From assembly GCA_052035175.1 (NCBI GenBank), contig JBPOHV010000001.1:233569-297568 (forward strand): a stretch of DNA of 64,000 nt, in the 5' to 3' direction. This stretch comes from a candidate division WWE3 bacterium (GTDB lineage Bacteria; Patescibacteriota; WWE3; UBA101185; UBA10185). Below, piece after piece: positions 60,558 through 64,000 of the stretch. A model generated the notes under the pieces. That model was not told where the DNA came from, ran no database searches, and saw only the letters and a list, made by a program, of their open reading frames with translations. Position numbers and translations under genes: made by a program. Position 1 is the stretch's first letter; every line of letters begins with the position of its first letter.

Positions 60558-61297
60558 GTATGAATACATTAGGAAATTTATTAAAAAAGTCTCGTGAACG
60601 TAAACGATTAACTATCGAAGATATAAGTAAATCTACTAAAATAGGTGCAAAGTATCTAAAAGCGCTAGAAAATGATGATTATTCACAATTTGCTGATATA
60701 ACTCATTCAAAAGGTTTTTTAAAAATTTATTCAACTTTTTTAGAATTGAATACAGATGAAGTTTTAGCCCTGTGGCGCAGAGATTTTTCTATGCAATTTA
60801 AATCGACTCGCTTGGCAAATCCAGTTTTTAATAAATCGCCAAAAAGATTAAATGATTTTGTTTTTACTCCGTACACTATTGTAATAACTTTGGTGCTCAG
60901 TTGTATTTTCATATTTTTTGCATATTTGTTTTTTCAGTATCGTGGGTATGTTGATGTGCCAACTTTAGAGATCTCTTCACCAGCAAATAACGCTGTTTTG
61001 CAAGATAGCGTCTTGCGCGTTGAAGGAAAGACCGATTTGGAAACAGAAGTTTTTGTTAATAATCAAAAAATAGATGTTTCGCCAGACGGGACTTTTTCTA
61101 CAGTGCTAAAAGTTCGCGATGGTTTAAACAGTATTAGTATTACTGCAAAAAATAAATTGAATAGAGTATCAGAAAAGATTTTGAATGTTGTTTATAGTCC
61201 GCCACCACCGCTTATGCCTTATAAACCTACTTCAGAAGTTCCAGAAGCCACACCATCAATAGATGTTAGTAATGTTGACGAAGACTTGCATCAATAA
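60554..61297 (+). CDS. RodZ-like protein (XRE-type HTH + TM + extracytoplasmic domain)
   Basis: N-terminal HTH (LTIEDISKSTKIGAKYLKALE). A single TM helix. C-terminal beta-rich domain. Confidence 0.5.
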   Translation: MSMNTLGNLLKKSRERKRLTIEDISKSTKIGAKYLKALENDDYSQFADITHSKGFLKIYSTFLELNTDEVLALWRRDFSMQFKSTRLANPVFNKSPKRLNDFVFTPYTIVITLVLSCIFIFFAYLFFQYRGYVDVPTLEISSPANNAVLQDSVLRVEGKTDLETEVFVNNQKIDVSPDGTFSTVLKVRDGLNSISITAKNKLNRVSEKILNVVYSPPPPLMPYKPTSEVPEATPSIDVSNVDEDLHQ

Positions 61298-62270
61298 AGA
61301 TATCAATGTCTCCATCTAAAACGGTATCAGGATTGAATACCTCTGTATCTGTTCGTAAGTCTTTTACCAATTTGTACGGGTGCAAAATATAATTGCGGAT
61401 TTGATTTCCCCAGCCAGGCATTTTGTAGTCTCCTTTTAAATCTTTCTTTTCTTTTTCTATTTTTTCTAACTCTAATGCATAAAGTTTTGATTTCAATATT
61501 TTCAAAGCTTTTTCTCGGTTTTTACCTTGATATCTTTCTTCCTGACACTCTACAATAATTCCAGAAGGTATGTGTTTGATACGTACTGCGGTAGAAACTT
61601 TGTTTACATTTTGACCGCCTTTACCGCCAGACCTATACGCTTCAAATTCTACGTCTTCATCTTTTACTTCTATGTCGATGTTATCAGAGATCATTGGTAT
61701 GATTTCGACTAAAGCAAAAGAAGTTTGTCTTAAACTATCGGCATTAAAAGGAGATTGTCTTACTAACCTATGCACACCTGCTTCATTTTTCAAAAACCCA
61801 TATGCATAAAGACCATTTATTTCAAAAGAAACGCGTTTATAGCCGGTTTCTTCTCCAGGTGTTTCAGAAATCAAAGAAGTTTGCCAGTTTTTGCGTTCTG
61901 CATATCGGGTATACATACGATAAAGCATACCTGACCAATCCATAGCTTCGGTTCCACCTTGTCCAGCATGTATTGTCAAAATGGCGTCATTTGGGTCGTG
62001 TGCACCACCCAAAAAGGTTTTGAGTTCTAATTTTTTGTGCTCCTTATCGAATTCTTCGTTGTCGTCTTGTGCTAATAATTCTAAAAACTCAAACTCTTGA
62101 ATATCTTTTTCCAAATTAGCCAAATCTTTTGACAAAGACTGCCCTTTTTCCCAATCTTTCCATGTGGCTTCGTCTGCTAATTGCTCCTTTAGGTCTTTTA
62201 TTTTGGCTCTTTTTTCTTCGATGTATAAAGCTTTTCTTAAGTCTTCAAGCTTTTCTGTGCGACTTTCCAT
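61266..62270 (-). CDS. prfB: Peptide chain release factor 2, single uninterrupted ORF
   Basis: GGQ motif. SPF tripeptide (RF2 type). No in-frame UGA frameshift site. Confidence 0.85.
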   Translation of the reverse strand: MESRTEKLEDLRKALYIEEKRAKIKDLKEQLADEATWKDWEKGQSLSKDLANLEKDIQEFEFLELLAQDDNEEFDKEHKKLELKTFLGGAHDPNDAILTIHAGQGGTEAMDWSGMLYRMYTRYAERKNWQTSLISETPGEETGYKRVSFEINGLYAYGFLKNEAGVHRLVRQSPFNADSLRQTSFALVEIIPMISDNIDIEVKDEDVEFEAYRSGGKGGQNVNKVSTAVRIKHIPSGIIVECQEERYQGKNREKALKILKSKLYALELEKIEKEKKDLKGDYKMPGWGNQIRNYILHPYKLVKDLRTDTEVFNPDTVLDGDIDIFIDASLRQHY

Positions 62271-62285
62271 AACTAAGAGAGTATA

Positions 62286-63287
62286 TCATTCTGTATTTAA
62301 AACTGCTTGGCCATACAGCATTTCCAATTTATTGATAAGTGCAGTGTTTTCGGTATTATCTTCGATAGAGAGTGCTATATCTAAGGCAAACTTTAATCTC
62401 ATTCTTTGTACATATGTAGTAAATGTGTCTATGTTATCTTCAAGAAAGGTTGATATGTCCTTTGCTACTACTAATGGATCCCCATATAACGAATGGCTGA
62501 TGAAGTTGCGATGCATATAGCGTAAAAACGCTGTGTGCTGCAATACTGCAGTATCTATTGTATTCGCAAGTTCCGGGTCATCCTCACGGGTCATATCCCC
62601 GCGTGCTTGATCAACTACTAATACTATATCTTGGGCTGCAGCTATTAATGATGAGGGTTCGTCTTCTCGATATTTTGCTTGCTTATGTGTAAATCCGCCT
62701 GTATCAAGTATGACTGGCTTTTCATTTTGCAGTTCTGCTCTAGTTATTTCCGACATAGTGTCCATTATTGCTTGTGTAGATACTTTTGTCTCATCATGCA
62801 CTCTTGTGCTTCCATCAGGGCTAACTATTTTTACTGCATCCAAGTTTAGTGTAGGCCAGCCGATTGTTGCTAAATTCTTTACCAATGTAGTTTTACCTAT
62901 GTTGCTTCTACCAACGATAGCTATAGAAAACTTTGGTTTTATGTTTTTATATTCAGCGATCTCATTAATATCTGGTATAGGTATTCCGCAGTCTACGTGA
63001 TTTAAGACTTGGTTTATTACAGAGGTTATCGATAGTCCGGTTGCTAACAGACCTGCCACGATTGCAGTTTTTTGTTCTACAGTTAATTTTTCATGTTCTA
63101 TATTTTCAAAAAATACAGGTGGCTGTACTTGGTCATATATCATTGGTACATAGACTGTTGGCTGGCCTTCTAATTCGTATTTACCTATGCCGCTATTTAA
63201 AACTGTGAGCACATGTGTGGGAGAAGTTAGTTTTTCATTACTATTAGATTCAAGTGATGCTGGTGCCAGTGTATTTATTGAATTCAT
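62286..63287 (-). CDS. P-loop GTPase-like protein with an about 110-aa N-terminal extension and a divergent C-terminus
   Basis: G1 IAIVGRSNIGKTT. G3 ILDTGGF. Then VLVVDQARG. No canonical NKxD. Confidence 0.45.
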   Translation of the reverse strand: MNSINTLAPASLESNSNEKLTSPTHVLTVLNSGIGKYELEGQPTVYVPMIYDQVQPPVFFENIEHEKLTVEQKTAIVAGLLATGLSITSVINQVLNHVDCGIPIPDINEIAEYKNIKPKFSIAIVGRSNIGKTTLVKNLATIGWPTLNLDAVKIVSPDGSTRVHDETKVSTQAIMDTMSEITRAELQNEKPVILDTGGFTHKQAKYREDEPSSLIAAAQDIVLVVDQARGDMTREDDPELANTIDTAVLQHTAFLRYMHRNFISHSLYGDPLVVAKDISTFLEDNIDTFTTYVQRMRLKFALDIALSIEDNTENTALINKLEMLYGQAVLNTE

Positions 63288-63997
63288 ATCTTATCGATTT
63301 TGTAACCAACCCCGGTTATCGACGTTATTTTATGATATTTAAGTTTACTGTTGATGCGGCTTATTGTTTTGGTTATAGCTGCGTCAGAAAAACTTTCGTT
63401 ATCCTGACCCCATTTGATATCGGCAAGTTCGTCTCGCGTAATGAATTTTTTATCAATAATTGTTCGTAACACTGAGGCTTCATTTTTTGTTAGCTGTTCA
63501 CCAGTTTCCAAACTATTTTCTAGTAACGACATATCTTCTTTTATTTTGATATCTATCTTTGTTAGAGCTTTGATTGCATTGTTATCGGCATACCATTGTA
63601 GTATTTTACTATTGTATGTTTGTTCTGTTTTAATGCTTAGCTTTTCCAAAGTTTTATCTTCGGTATTTGCAATACTATCAAGTGTAGGTTTGACTAAATT
63701 CAGAAAATGATCATCAGTCGTTGTTAATTGTATAGGCTGTTCAAGTAGATACTGATTAAGTGCTAAATGTTTTGCTATGCGTAGTATCCCACCAGACCAG
63801 TTATATATTTTTTCAAAATTCTCACCAGAGATTTCGATATTCATGTCTAGTAATGAATCTTGTAATTCGTTTTTATATCGTGATCTGAAAAAGAAGAAAT
63901 CGTATACATGGCTTGCAATAAATGAACTTTTCCATTCGTTAGTTGTGAGTAAATCTGGCATGTTGATTGCAAGTATAAAAGTATTTTTTGGGTGCAT
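63284..63997 (-). CDS. Protein with a C-terminal OmpR/PhoB-type winged helix and no receiver domain. The 5' end may lie beyond the window edge
   Basis: C-terminal ...ITRDELADIKWG...SDAAITKTISRINSKLK...ITGVGYKI. Paralogous to the ORF at 35783-36838. 4-nt overlap with the downstream GTPase-like gene. Confidence 0.5.
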   Translation of the reverse strand: MHPKNTFILAINMPDLLTTNEWKSSFIASHVYDFFFFRSRYKNELQDSLLDMNIEISGENFEKIYNWSGGILRIAKHLALNQYLLEQPIQLTTTDDHFLNLVKPTLDSIANTEDKTLEKLSIKTEQTYNSKILQWYADNNAIKALTKIDIKIKEDMSLLENSLETGEQLTKNEASVLRTIIDKKFITRDELADIKWGQDNESFSDAAITKTISRINSKLKYHKITSITGVGYKIDKI

Positions 63998-64000
63998 ATC

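Noticed and set aside
62255-62300. A programmed +1 frameshift site upstream of prfB.
   Set aside because: The only upstream in-frame stop (TGA, 14 nt before the ATG) is not in a CUU-UGA-C context. The ORF is complete from its ATG.
1-64000. A tRNA, rRNA or CRISPR search in the intergenic regions.
   Set aside because: No T-loop GTTCRANYC with flanking stems, no CCA-terminated cloverleaf candidates, and no regularly spaced direct repeats were seen. The GTTCGAAAAC at about 27768 lacks complementary T-stem arms.

Overview
This is an AT-rich (about 33-35% GC), densely coded bacterial chromosomal segment whose genes are almost all housekeeping. The gene set has the reduced character typical of Patescibacteria/CPR-like or otherwise streamlined genomes.

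Gene content:
- Translation and tRNA modification: typA, lysS, aspS, gltX, infB, rpsO, prfB, tgt, and a TrmH-family RNA methyltransferase.
- Recombination and repair: recA-recX, recJ, a family-4 uracil-DNA glycosylase, and ftsK.
- RNA metabolism: rny-ymdB, rnj, pnp, nusA and greA.
- Fermentative energy module: a two-subunit 2-oxoacid:ferredoxin oxidoreductase, a flavodoxin and an ADP-forming acetyl-CoA synthetase.
- Membrane and envelope proteins: a P-type ATPase, a GT-C-like and a GT4 glycosyltransferase, a D-Ala-D-Ala carboxypeptidase, and several secreted or membrane-anchored hypotheticals.

Negative results:
- No tRNA or rRNA genes, CRISPR arrays, or transposases.

Regions that do not fit ordinary housekeeping:
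- 45.3-46.7 kb, between hup and dnaJ: a compositionally foreign GC-rich insertion, with a 4-TM ORF (~46-50% GC) and an 11-bp inverted repeat downstream of it.
- lysS: the lysyl-tRNA synthetase is fused to a C-terminal HD-domain phosphohydrolase, which may be a YqeK-like Ap4A hydrolase.
- 54859-55923: a Lon-like AAA+ ATPase with no N-terminal domain and no protease domain, sitting beside a zinc-ribbon membrane protein immediately after pnp.
- 35783-36838 and 63284-63997: two paralogous proteins that carry a C-terminal OmpR-type winged helix but no receiver domain. The second is co-operonic with an unusual P-loop GTPase-like protein and prfB.
- 5298-9677: a tight five-gene cluster made of two Pol-beta-superfamily nucleotidyltransferases, an HExxH protein, a COG0116 methyltransferase and a membrane protein.
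- 19350-20753: a Cys-rich secreted protein next to the GT4 glycosyltransferase.

Limits:
- All calls come from reading the translated ORFs and the DNA by eye.
- No database search or computation was possible.
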